The translations under genes and the position numbers were made by a program. From contig JBBSWG010000014.1 in NCBI GenBank assembly GCA_038046425.1, forward strand, positions 1 through 49,081: DNA of 49,081 bases, given 5' to 3'. The notes beneath the pieces were generated by a model, which was given only the letters and a program-made list of their open reading frames with translations, did no database searches and had not been told where the DNA came from. Below, piece after piece: positions 1 to 8,470 of this stretch; position 1 is the first letter of the stretch; each line of letters starts with the position of its first letter. The DNA is from Nanobdellota archaeon. GTDB lineage: Archaea; Nanobdellota; Nanobdellia; Woesearchaeales; GW2011-AR9.

Positions 1-89
1 AAGGCTAAAGCAACTAAAGCTAAGGAAAAGAACAGCAGGACTTTATACTTCTGCTCATAGATCTCCTGGATTTTTTCTTTGAGTTTCAT
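1..89 (-). CDS. hypothetical membrane protein, N-terminal fragment running off the window
   Basis: Minus-strand ATG at 89-87 gives MKLKEKIQEIYEQKYKVLLFFSLALVALA..., with a hydrophobic helix. The ORF is cut by the window edge. Confidence 0.3.
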   Translation of the reverse strand, partial: MKLKEKIQEIYEQKYKVLLFFSLALVALA

Positions 90-187
90 GGCAATAAAGG
101 CCCTAGCCAGCCTCCCCGTATATAAAGATTATGAGCATAGCATTGCTTTCGTCCACAGGCCGGCGGGATGATCTAAAAAACTTTCCG

Positions 188-502
188 TCACAACCGATAC
201 GGTCTTTCACCAAATAAAGCTAAGCAATCAACATATTCCGGTTTATCCCAATACCCTTCATTACAATCTTTAATCTTCAGGCAGCAGTACATGGTGGCAC
301 ATTCATAGCGATCCTGTACCGGGTTTGTTTCACAGAGTTCTTGACACCAGTTGCGCCCTTCCCGGCTAAGAAGGTTGCCTTCTTTCTGCAGCTGAGCATA
401 ATAATCGGTACACATGTCGGGATACGTCGGTTCGGAAGGAGGGGAGGAAGAAGAGGGAGAGCAGTTTACAGCGAGGGCTAGGATTATCGCTTTAGGGATC
501 AT
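188..502 (-). CDS. small secreted Cys-rich protein with a lipobox-like signal
   Basis: 104-aa ORF. A hydrophobic N-terminus ends in LALAVNC, followed by a Ser/Pro linker and a multi-Cys domain. No family recognised. Confidence 0.5.
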   Translation of the reverse strand: MIPKAIILALAVNCSPSSSSPPSEPTYPDMCTDYYAQLQKEGNLLSREGRNWCQELCETNPVQDRYECATMYCCLKIKDCNEGYWDKPEYVDCLALFGERPYRL

Positions 503-538
503 AGCATCAGCTTTGGGATTATAGCATTAGCTTTACCA

Positions 539-1087
539 TCATAACATTAAATCATGTTTACCTTTCCCACCCAGGACGCGCCACAGGGCCAGCAGATCAT
601 GGGCGGAACGCATCTCCCATTTATCCCGGGCAAAGGTGCTGAACAGCATCTTTACTTTATATTTCTGGCACAAAGTAAGGTTAAACATCATTCGACGCAG
701 TAGTTGCGGTTGATTTACAGCATTAAGAATTTCGCTGCAGGAAAAAGCAACAACTTTCCCGCGCTCGGCGGCAATTTTACAGAGCACTTGATCAAGCCCA
801 GCACGAGGATAATGTAAGTGGTCGTGGGGATTGATGTGTTCCGTGCCCAGAACCAGGTCTGCCGGAGTCTTTTCCAGCACATAGCGCAGCAATTCTTCGG
901 AAGGAGGACGATAGATCGTCAGCAGTTTCTTGCTCTTGCCCTGCTGGATCAGTTTTAAGGCTTCTTTGGCGCTGTTGCTGGTAATGATCGTAAAATCTTT
1001 ATCCAGAAAGAGGGTACGGGAAAAGCCTAACTGCTGGCTGAATCGCTCCAGTTCTTCATTTTTTGACATAAGCAGGAAATTGTCCAT
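539..1087 (-). CDS. rnp3: RNase P protein component 3 (Rpp30-like)
   Basis: 182 aa. Its size and motif layout (GTEHINPHDHLHYPRAGLDQVL, FSCSEIL, LFSTFARD) resemble the archaeal Rpp30 TIM-barrel/PHP-like subunit. Confidence 0.6.
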   Translation of the reverse strand: MDNFLLMSKNEELERFSQQLGFSRTLFLDKDFTIITSNSAKEALKLIQQGKSKKLLTIYRPPSEELLRYVLEKTPADLVLGTEHINPHDHLHYPRAGLDQVLCKIAAERGKVVAFSCSEILNAVNQPQLLRRMMFNLTLCQKYKVKMLFSTFARDKWEMRSAHDLLALWRVLGGKGKHDLML

Positions 1088-1173
1088 AATCGACCAATTT
1101 AAGCAAAAAACTTATAAAACTTCCCCCTAAAAACAAGTCAACTTTGCCTCGCTAGGAGACAAGGAGGGATCGT

Positions 1174-1377
1174 ATGGATATTCAAATAAGGATGGAACGG
1201 GAGAATATTACTAAAACCATCTCTTTCTCCGGAAAAACCGTACAGGAACTTCTGACAGAATTGGCGGTTAATCCGGAAGCGGTGATTGTTGTACGCCAGG
1301 GAGAGGTATTGACGGAAAAGGAATCACTGCATGATCAAGATACTGTTGAATTACTAAGTGTGATCTCGGGGGGATGA
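1174..1377 (+). CDS. ThiS/MoaD-family ubiquitin-like small modifier or sulfur carrier (SAMP/TtuB-like)
   Basis: 67 aa, of beta-grasp size, with a C-terminal ...VISGG diglycine directly before the stop. A GGAGG Shine-Dalgarno-like motif lies about 7 nt upstream. Confidence 0.75.
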   Translation: MDIQIRMERENITKTISFSGKTVQELLTELAVNPEAVIVVRQGEVLTEKESLHDQDTVELLSVISGG

Positions 1378-1454
1378 GATAAAAAAAAGACCTTGTTTGT
1401 TGAGGAAAGGGAATCCTAATGCACGATGTCAATACTTAAAATACAACACCTAAA

Positions 1455-2393
1455 ATGGCCTGCCACAAATGTCCGGAAAGATCAGTAATTACTTTACAGC
1501 ACGGCGAACTCTGTAAAAACCACTTTTTGAGCTACTTTGAGGATAAAGTGTTCAAGACCATCAAGAAGTATAGTTTAATCTCTCGGCAGGATGTAATTGG
1601 TGTTGCCGCTTCCGGGGGAAAAGATAGCTTAACAGCCCTCTACCTCACGCAGAAATATCTTCAGGAGAATAACCTGAACAATAAACTATTTGCGTTAGCG
1701 ATTGATGAGGGCATCCACGAGTATCGAGCTACCACCTTACAGGATCTACAGGAATTCTGTGAGGGCCGGAACATTCCTGTGACCGTTGTCCGCAGCCAGG
1801 AAATCTTTGGCCAGACTCTGGATGAAGCTTATCCCCGGGTGAATCGAGGAACGAAGAAAAAACCCTGTAATGTCTGTGGAGTCTGGCGTCGCTACCTTAT
1901 CAACAAACACGCGAGAAAATTGGGAGCGACCAAAGTAATTACTGGCCATAACCTTGATGATGAAGCACAGGCGATCGTCATGAACTGGTTTAAAGCTAAT
2001 ACCAGCCTGGCCGCTCATTTAGGCCCGATTTCGGGAGTGGAAGAGCATGAACTGTTTGTACCCCGGGTAAAACCGCTTTATTTTTGCCCAGAGAAAGAAG
2101 TCCGCTTGTATGCGCTGCTCAAAGGTTTCAAAATTCAGTTTGTGGAGTGTCCTTATGCCCGAGATGGATATCGCGCTCAAATCCAGGACTTGCTTAATGA
2201 TTTTGAAGCTAAGTATAAAGGAACAAAGCAAGGAATTATTAACTCTTTCCTGGATATACTTCCTCTACTCAAAGAAAGAGAACGAAAAAGTGAAAAAGGA
2301 ACTATCCAACAATGCCAGGAATGTGGTGAGCCTGCTCATGGAGAAGTATGCAATGCTTGTAAGATTAAAGAAGTGTTGGTGGTGGAGAGTTAA
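1455..2393 (+). CDS. ncsA: tRNA 2-thiolation PP-loop ATPase (NcsA/Ncs6/TtuA family)
   Basis: PP-loop SGGKDS, a central PCNVCG plus a later Cys (Fe-S type), and zinc fingers at the N-terminus (CHKC...C) and C-terminus (CQEC...CNAC). Confidence 0.8.
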   Translation: MACHKCPERSVITLQHGELCKNHFLSYFEDKVFKTIKKYSLISRQDVIGVAASGGKDSLTALYLTQKYLQENNLNNKLFALAIDEGIHEYRATTLQDLQEFCEGRNIPVTVVRSQEIFGQTLDEAYPRVNRGTKKKPCNVCGVWRRYLINKHARKLGATKVITGHNLDDEAQAIVMNWFKANTSLAAHLGPISGVEEHELFVPRVKPLYFCPEKEVRLYALLKGFKIQFVECPYARDGYRAQIQDLLNDFEAKYKGTKQGIINSFLDILPLLKERERKSEKGTIQQCQECGEPAHGEVCNACKIKEVLVVES

Positions 2394-2426
2394 TAAAGGA
2401 TGGACAAAGGCATAATTATTTGGCGT

Positions 2427-2557
2427 AAGCGGGGAGAGCACCAACCCCGAGCGATACAAACTGAGTTGACCTCGGTTGCGGAGGGGGTTGTCCCTTACGG
2501 GGAGGTGCCGCACTAAGCTCTCTGAAGCGGAGAGCGAGGCTGGTGCTCTCCCCGCTT
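2427..2557 (-). repeat. 131-nt long imperfect palindrome, family A copy 1 (MITE-like or structured RNA)
   Basis: Perfect 17-bp terminal inverted repeats: AAGCGGGGAGAGCACCA at 2427-2443 and its complement at 2541-2557. The 43-nt core at 2472-2514 is identical, as reverse complement, to 47131-47173. Confidence 0.8.
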
Positions 2558-2575
2558 CCAGAGAAATTACTGAAC

Positions 2576-3586
2576 ATGGAACAGAACAAGAAACTAGACG
2601 AAGAACGGTATTCCCGACAGCTGCTGCTGCCGGAGATTGGTAAGGAAGGACAGGAAAAGATAGCGCAAGCTACTGTAGCCGTTGTTGGTATCGGCGCCCT
2701 AGGAACAGTAGCCGCTGAACTCTTAGCCCGGGCCGGCATAGGAAAATTGCTGCTGGTGGACCGCGATATCGTGGAAGAGAGCAACCTGCAGCGGCAAGTG
2801 CTGTTTACCGAGGATGATCTTGGAAGAAGCAAAGCCATCGTAGGAAAGGAACGATTGACTAGGATTAATTCCGCTATTACCCTGGAAGCATACCCCATCC
2901 ATCTTAACCGCAAAAACATCGTGTTGCTGGATAAGGCCACCATTATCCTTGATTGTACCGATAACCTGCAGAGCCGCTTTCTGCTGAATGATTATAGCCA
3001 GCAACAGAAAATTCCCTGGATTTATGCAGCAGCCATTAAGACGAACGGGTACGTCTTTCCCATCATTCCCAGTCTTCCGGAAGGAGCCTGCCTGCGTTGT
3101 TTCCTGACTTCGGAAAGCAGCAGCGGGGAAACCTGTGATACCGTCGGCGTATTAAATACGGTTACGGCAGCAGTCGCTTCCCTGCAGGTAACACTGGCCC
3201 TGAAGATAATTTTAGAGGAGATAAAGATGATAAAAATGAAATTATATTCGTTAAATGTCTGGAAGCCGGAATTAAAAGTGTTGACGGTAAAACAAAATCT
3301 GGACTGTCCTGCCTGCTGGGGGAAGTACGAGTATCTGGATGGTCTGAAAGGGGAAGAAGAGATCAGGACGGTTCAATTCTGTTCGACCGGGCGATATCAA
3401 ATAGTAGGCCGGCCGCAGGAGCTTAAAGAAATTCAGCGACGCTGGGAGAAGATTGATGAAGTAAAGCGGGATGATGGCTTGCTACAGTTTAAGAATATCA
3501 TTTTGTTTGCTGATGGGAGGGCGTTGATTAAAGCGAGGTCGGAGCAGGAGGCGTTGGTAGCGTATGCGAAGTGGGTGGGAGACTGA
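2576..3586 (+). CDS. ubaA: ThiF/MoeB/UbaA-type E1-like adenylyltransferase
   Basis: YSRQ..., Rossmann motif VVGIGALG, SNLQRQ, a catalytic-type Cys in ETCDTVGVL, and two CxxC pairs (CLRC, CPAC). ATG 2576 is preferred over the track start at 2543, which lies inside repeat A. Confidence 0.8.
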   Translation: MEQNKKLDEERYSRQLLLPEIGKEGQEKIAQATVAVVGIGALGTVAAELLARAGIGKLLLVDRDIVEESNLQRQVLFTEDDLGRSKAIVGKERLTRINSAITLEAYPIHLNRKNIVLLDKATIILDCTDNLQSRFLLNDYSQQQKIPWIYAAAIKTNGYVFPIIPSLPEGACLRCFLTSESSSGETCDTVGVLNTVTAAVASLQVTLALKIILEEIKMIKMKLYSLNVWKPELKVLTVKQNLDCPACWGKYEYLDGLKGEEEIRTVQFCSTGRYQIVGRPQELKEIQRRWEKIDEVKRDDGLLQFKNIILFADGRALIKARSEQEALVAYAKWVGD

Positions 3587-3704
3587 AATCCACCATTTGG
3601 CCTACGCTCTCCGAGACAGAATTCTACAAAACAATCCTGCCTACATACGAAATATTCAGTTACACATTAGTAAAGAGGAATCTACAAAACATCATCGAGA
3701 AGGA

Positions 3705-4073
3705 CTAAAACGGTAATTTTACTGAAGTGAGGATAGATTCAAGCTGTCTGGCTCGTTTTCGTATTTCACTCTTTCGAGCTAGCCGCGGAAACGTAGTCTG
3801 ATACACGGTTAGTTGTTGATAAAGTTGAGTTATCAAGCTGACAAACTGTTGAGCAACTCCGTCAGAAGGCTGTTGATCTGCTTTCATAGAAAGAGGATGG
3901 AGCTGGCGAGAACGCTCTATAGTAGTTTCTTTCTCATATTGTTCTAATAGGCCCATCATTCCCGCAGTATAGAGATGGAGACGTTCCAGATAAGATTCTA
4001 AATCCTCCCCTGTTCTTTGTCTAATCCCGGAAGGCTGAGGCTGGTATTGAGCTCTGTACTGTGCTGGTCTCAT
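3705..4073 (-). CDS. hypothetical helical protein
   Basis: 122-aa ORF. A TATA-like GATTTATAAAAAA lies about 25-30 nt upstream on the minus strand (about 4090-4105). No family recognised. Confidence 0.45.
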   Translation of the reverse strand: MRPAQYRAQYQPQPSGIRQRTGEDLESYLERLHLYTAGMMGLLEQYEKETTIERSRQLHPLSMKADQQPSDGVAQQFVSLITQLYQQLTVYQTTFPRLARKSEIRKRARQLESILTSVKLPF

Positions 4074-4120
4074 TGCTTCCTTAAAGGTGCCTTTTTTTAT
4101 AAATCTTTCGCTTGTAATTA

Positions 4121-5017
4121 CTAAAAAGTTAACTCCTGGAAAAGACTTAGCCTGACTCTAATTTCCTCCCCCGTATACGCTATCAGCGGCTTTAAGGTAA
4201 CGAAATCTGCTTGTTCCCCCCCCTTTTCCAACACTTTTTCATTGCCCAATACTTCGCCCGTGACTAACGTTAAATCCTGCTGTTCAATAAACGCAGATAA
4301 TTCCTCTTTGTCTTTCAGTACGGTTGACGACAGAGCCTGAGGACTAAATTTCTGCAGCAGTGAAAGATCTAACTTTTTTTCTAGAGTGCCGCTTGCGTCA
4401 ACATACGTCGGAACAATCCGACACCCCCTTTTCATCATCAGCAACCCGGCTAAAATGCTCGCATCATTTTCCATGAGTAAAGAGACCATCCCGCTGGAGC
4501 CGACCGGCAGCCCGCCGGGCCCGGAAATGACCTCCGTATACAGAAAGGCCCCGACCTGATTGATCTCCAGGAAGACAGTATTGGTTGCTGATGAAGAATT
4601 CTTCTGATTTTTATGACTTTTATAATCGGCCTGCAGATTAGTTTCCTGCTCAATATGCTTTCCTAAGAGAATATTCATCTGCAGGGAAGTTAATGGGAAA
4701 GTCTTATCCGAACGGGTCGTTTCCACTTTAAAGGTAGCCGGAAAGGTACGGGGGAGAGAACGAACCAGCGCCAGAGCCGCCTTTTTTATCGCTTCCATCT
4801 CCTTTTCCACTTGCAGGGCAGGAGAATAAGAGGCCAATCCAAACACCAGCCGCAGTTGCTGATGTTCAGGAAAATATTCCATCAGCAGCCGGCCGCGCGT
4901 AGAATGAACTTTCCTTCCGCTCATCGCTTCAATGTTCTGACGCAGCTGCCGTTCAAATGGCGGCATATTCCGCCCTTTTAAGAACAATTCCCCGTAGCGC
5001 AGTAAGAGCACGTCCAT
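4121..5017 (-). CDS. ThiI-like THUMP-domain protein with a degenerate PP-loop, C-terminally short
   Basis: The N-terminal RYGELFLKGRN and GPGGLPVGSSG are ThiI hallmarks. The expected SGGxDS is replaced by MENDAS (4457-4474). LLMMKRGC is retained. Confidence 0.65.
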   Translation of the reverse strand: MDVLLLRYGELFLKGRNMPPFERQLRQNIEAMSGRKVHSTRGRLLMEYFPEHQQLRLVFGLASYSPALQVEKEMEAIKKAALALVRSLPRTFPATFKVETTRSDKTFPLTSLQMNILLGKHIEQETNLQADYKSHKNQKNSSSATNTVFLEINQVGAFLYTEVISGPGGLPVGSSGMVSLLMENDASILAGLLMMKRGCRIVPTYVDASGTLEKKLDLSLLQKFSPQALSSTVLKDKEELSAFIEQQDLTLVTGEVLGNEKVLEKGGEQADFVTLKPLIAYTGEEIRVRLSLFQELTF

Positions 5018-5161
5018 CGCACGCTAGGTATAGCGTTTATTTAAAAAGGTTAGGCTGGCGGGAGCAAGGTTCCGTTTTTAAAGCAAATATTTAAATACCC
5101 CTCGCATATTTATAAGCAGAAGTGCCAACATCATCGCTTTTTAAATGAAGGGGGGTTCACC

Positions 5162-5716
5162 ATGGGAAAAGAAAATAAGAAGGAAGTTAAGATTGTTAAT
5201 ATCGTCGTTTCTACCGCTTTGGAAAAAGATGTGCCGTTAGAGAAGATGGCGGCTACGTTACCTAATACCGAATACAATCCGGAACAATTTCCCGGGTTGG
5301 TGTTGCGGATTAAGGATCCCAAAACTTCCGCGTTGATTTTCTCTAGTGGAAAAGTGGTGTGTACTGGCGCCCGCACGTTAGCGGATGTGGATCGCAGCAT
5401 CCAGAGCATCATCCGCAGCTTAAAGAAGTTGAATATTCACGTTACCATTAAACCTGAAATCACCGTGCAGAATATTGTGGCCTCAGGAAGTATTGGTATG
5501 GATCTAAATCTGAACATTTTGGGAATTAAGTTACCAAATACCGAATATGAGCCGGAACAGTTTCCCGGTTTAGTGCATAAGTTGAAGGGAACGAATGCCA
5601 CCTTCCTGCTGTTCAGCAACGGCAAGATCGTCTGTACCGGCACCAAGACGGAGAAGGAAGTTAATGATGCCACCGATAAGCTGATTGACACGCTGAAGAA
5701 GGTGTTGAAGAAGTAA
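5162..5716 (+). CDS. tbp: TATA-box binding protein
   Basis: Two internal TBP repeats, each containing PEQFPGL and a G(K)(V/I)VCTG motif. Typical length of 184 aa. Confidence 0.95.
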   Translation: MGKENKKEVKIVNIVVSTALEKDVPLEKMAATLPNTEYNPEQFPGLVLRIKDPKTSALIFSSGKVVCTGARTLADVDRSIQSIIRSLKKLNIHVTIKPEITVQNIVASGSIGMDLNLNILGIKLPNTEYEPEQFPGLVHKLKGTNATFLLFSNGKIVCTGTKTEKEVNDATDKLIDTLKKVLKK

Positions 5717-5784
5717 GAGTATCTTTTTGTCTACCTCATTTTAAGCTGTCGCCCTAAGGACGAAACAGATAGAAATAAAAATCA

Positions 5785-6225
5785 ATGAACAATATGAAAC
5801 CAAAAAGCCTTAAAATACAAATAGGAATTTTCTTTATTTTGGCTGGTTTACTTGCTTTATGGTTACTCCTAGTTCTTATTGATGGATTACTATTCAATGC
5901 TTTAGGATTATCCTTTTACGAAGAATACTTTTTTCGCTATCTTTTATTTTTTGGACTGCTTGCAGTTGAAATTTTTGGTTTAATAAAAGCAAAAAAATGG
6001 TCTTATTATTTAGGATTCATTTTAACTATTTTTCTCCTAATTTATACTGGGTTCAACTTACTTCTAATGAAAGGTCCAATCTACGATGTTAATTACACTA
6101 TTTTATCAACAAGCGGCCTCATAAAAGCATTCTTTGTTTGGTTTTTGGGCAGTATAATTCTTTTGTTCATACTAACATATTCGACATATAAACAATACAG
6201 GCTCAAAGAAATATTAAACAAATAA
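5785..6225 (+). CDS. hypothetical polytopic membrane protein
   Basis: 146 aa with about 4 hydrophobic helices. The local composition is AT-rich relative to its neighbours. Confidence 0.5.
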   Translation: MNNMKPKSLKIQIGIFFILAGLLALWLLLVLIDGLLFNALGLSFYEEYFFRYLLFFGLLAVEIFGLIKAKKWSYYLGFILTIFLLIYTGFNLLLMKGPIYDVNYTILSTSGLIKAFFVWFLGSIILLFILTYSTYKQYRLKEILNK

Positions 6226-6372
6226 TTTTAAAAATGCTGGTGCTAAGGTGTTCTTATTAGTGATGGAAAAACTACCCTAGGACTCTTTTCTCCTCTTTAA
6301 CAGACCGAGCGGAACTTCCACCATATTCGCCAAATTGCCGTGGTGAACATAATGTGTTTCCATAACCTAAAT

Positions 6373-6382
6373 CTTTAAAAAG
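6373..6382 (+). promoter_or_regulatory. TATA-box-like element upstream of mcm
   Basis: CTTTAAAAAG lies about 40 nt upstream of ATG 6421, and a GGGGGTG SD-like motif lies in between. Confidence 0.4.
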
Positions 6383-6420
6383 AATTGCGGCACTTAAATC
6401 CCTTCGTAAGGGGGGTGGGC

Positions 6421-8439
6421 ATGGAAGTCGAAGAACAAATCCGCATATTCCGGGAATTCTTGGAGCAGAACTATTACCCCCAGCTGCTGGAAGGCGTCCG
6501 GAAAGGACAAAAATTCTTCGTCATTGACTTTACTGAACTGCTACGCTTCAATCCGGAACTGGCCGAGGAGACCCTAGAAGCGCCTACGGAACTGCTGAAA
6601 GCAGCAGAGCTCGCGGTAAAAGAATTTGACCTACCGGCAACGATTGACAAATTTACCGTCCGCCTGCGTAACCTGCCCCTTACTCAGCGGGTGCAAATCA
6701 ACGAAATCCGCAGTAAACACTTAAATAAATTCATCTGGACCGAAGGTATCGTCCGGCAAAAGTCGGATGTGCGCCCGCACGTCACTGCCTCCCGCTTTGA
6801 GTGCCTGGCCTGTGGGGCAATCATTACCATCTTCCAGTCAGATAAGCGTTATCGCCAGCCGACGCGCTGCTCCTGTGGCCGGGAACGAAAATTTAAAGAG
6901 ATCTCCAAAGAGCTGATTGACGGGCAGGGATTGACCCTGGAAGAGGCGCCAGATGAGCTGGAAAGCGGCCAGCCGAAACGCATCAATGTCTTCCTGAAGG
7001 ATGATTTAGTCTCACCGATCTCAGAACGACGTTGCAGTCCAGGCTCACGGATACGTTTATACGGTTGGGTAGTAGAAGTGCCCGTAATCCTGCAGAAGGG
7101 GGGACAAGCAACGAAATTTGACTTGATCATAGAAGCGAATTATGTTGAGCCGACGCAGGAAGAAGATGTGGACATCCAAATCAGTGAAGAGGAATTGGTG
7201 AAGATTAAAGAAATTGCGGCTCAACCGGATGTTATCTCTAGACTGGCCCATAACATCGCTCCTTCCATCTACGGCCATGACAAGATCAAGGAAGCCCTAG
7301 TGCTGCAGTTGGCGGGCGGTTGCCGGAAGGTCCGTCCAGACGGCATCACGACGAGAGGAGACATGCATCTGCTTTTAGTGGGCGATCCTGGTGCGGCCAA
7401 GAGCCAGCTCCTTAAACGCATCTATAAAATTGCCCCCCGCGCCCGATTTACGAGTGGAAAAGGAGCGACTGCCGCCGGCATCACCGCCAGCGTGGTCAAA
7501 GACGAGTTTTTAGGCGGCTGGAGCCTGGAAGCAGGAACGCTAGTGTTAGCAAACCGCGGCTTTGGTATCATTGACGAAATGGACAAAATGGGAAAAGAAG
7601 ACCGCTCAGCGTTGCATGAAGCGATGGAACAGCAGCAAGTAAGTATCAGTAAAGCTAATATTCAGGCGACGTTACGCTGTGAAACGACAGTTATTGCTGC
7701 GGCCAACCCCAAACTAGGCCGCTTTGATCCTTATGAAGATATCTATCGGCAGATTGACCTGCCACCGACGTTGATTAACCGCTTTGACTTGATCTTTCCC
7801 ATCATGGACCGGCCCAGCCGGGAACGGGATGAAGAGATGGCTTCATTCATTCTTAAGCTGCATCAAAATCCGGCAGCTGCTTCTTCTGATATCCCCTCTG
7901 ACCTGCTTAAAAAATATTTTTCTTACGTTCGTCAGAAAATCCATCCGGTGATGAGTGATGAAGCGATTGAAGAACTTAAGCAGTATTATGTCAGCATGCG
8001 CAGTTCCGGCATCACCGAAGGGGAAATATCTACCATACCGATCACAGCCAGGCAACTGGAAGCTCTGGTACGCTTATCCGAAGCGGCAGCGAAAGTTCGC
8101 CTGTCCAAGACCGTCAGCAGAACCGACGCCCAGAAAGCGATTGAGATGATTGATTACTGCTTAAATCAGATAGCCAAAGACGTGAAGACGGGAAAGATTG
8201 ACATTGATCGGCTGAGTGGTGCGGTCCCCGCTTCCCAGCGCAGCAGCATTGCCATCATTAAAGAGATTATCATCGCTTTGGAAGAGCAGACGGGCAGTAA
8301 AGTGGTAGCGGTAGAGAATATCGTAGAAGCTGCTCGCGAGAAAAACGTCAAAGAGGGTGAAGTGACGGACATTTTAGAAAAGCTGCGCCGTTCTGGGGAC
8401 ATCTTTGAACCTAAGCGCGGCTTTGTACAGAAATTATAG
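6421..8439 (+). CDS. mcm: MCM replicative helicase
   Basis: Zn finger CLACG...CSCG, Walker A GDPGAAKS, Walker B IIDEMDKM, and NRFDLIF. ATG 6421 with an SD is preferred over TTG 6385. Confidence 0.95.
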   Translation: MEVEEQIRIFREFLEQNYYPQLLEGVRKGQKFFVIDFTELLRFNPELAEETLEAPTELLKAAELAVKEFDLPATIDKFTVRLRNLPLTQRVQINEIRSKHLNKFIWTEGIVRQKSDVRPHVTASRFECLACGAIITIFQSDKRYRQPTRCSCGRERKFKEISKELIDGQGLTLEEAPDELESGQPKRINVFLKDDLVSPISERRCSPGSRIRLYGWVVEVPVILQKGGQATKFDLIIEANYVEPTQEEDVDIQISEEELVKIKEIAAQPDVISRLAHNIAPSIYGHDKIKEALVLQLAGGCRKVRPDGITTRGDMHLLLVGDPGAAKSQLLKRIYKIAPRARFTSGKGATAAGITASVVKDEFLGGWSLEAGTLVLANRGFGIIDEMDKMGKEDRSALHEAMEQQQVSISKANIQATLRCETTVIAAANPKLGRFDPYEDIYRQIDLPPTLINRFDLIFPIMDRPSRERDEEMASFILKLHQNPAAASSDIPSDLLKKYFSYVRQKIHPVMSDEAIEELKQYYVSMRSSGITEGEISTIPITARQLEALVRLSEAAAKVRLSKTVSRTDAQKAIEMIDYCLNQIAKDVKTGKIDIDRLSGAVPASQRSSIAIIKEIIIALEEQTGSKVVAVENIVEAAREKNVKEGEVTDILEKLRRSGDIFEPKRGFVQKL

Positions 8440-8470
8440 AGAATGATATGGAAGAGAAGATTCCGTGAAC

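Noticed and set aside
2543-2575. An upstream non-ATG start for the E1 gene, as given in the ORF track.
   Set aside because: The extra 11 codons lie inside the right arm of palindromic repeat A. ATG 2576 gives the normal MEQNKK...YSRQ N-terminus.
2416-2943. A 175-aa minus-strand ORF overlapping repeat A and the 5' half of the E1 gene.
   Set aside because: It is Ser/Arg/Ala-rich low-complexity sequence, lies fully antisense to a CDS with strong ThiF motifs, and has no recognisable motif of its own. I treat it as a shadow ORF.
3622-3691. A direct repeat (T/A)TCTACAAAACA at 3622-3633 and 3680-3691, between convergent genes.
   Set aside because: It is a short 12-mer occurring only twice, in an AT-rich terminator-type spacer. 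There is not enough evidence to assign a function.
6385-6420. A TTG-initiated N-terminal extension of MCM.
   Set aside because: ATG 6421 is preceded by a G-rich SD-like motif, and the TATA-like box at 6373-6382 would lie inside the extended ORF.
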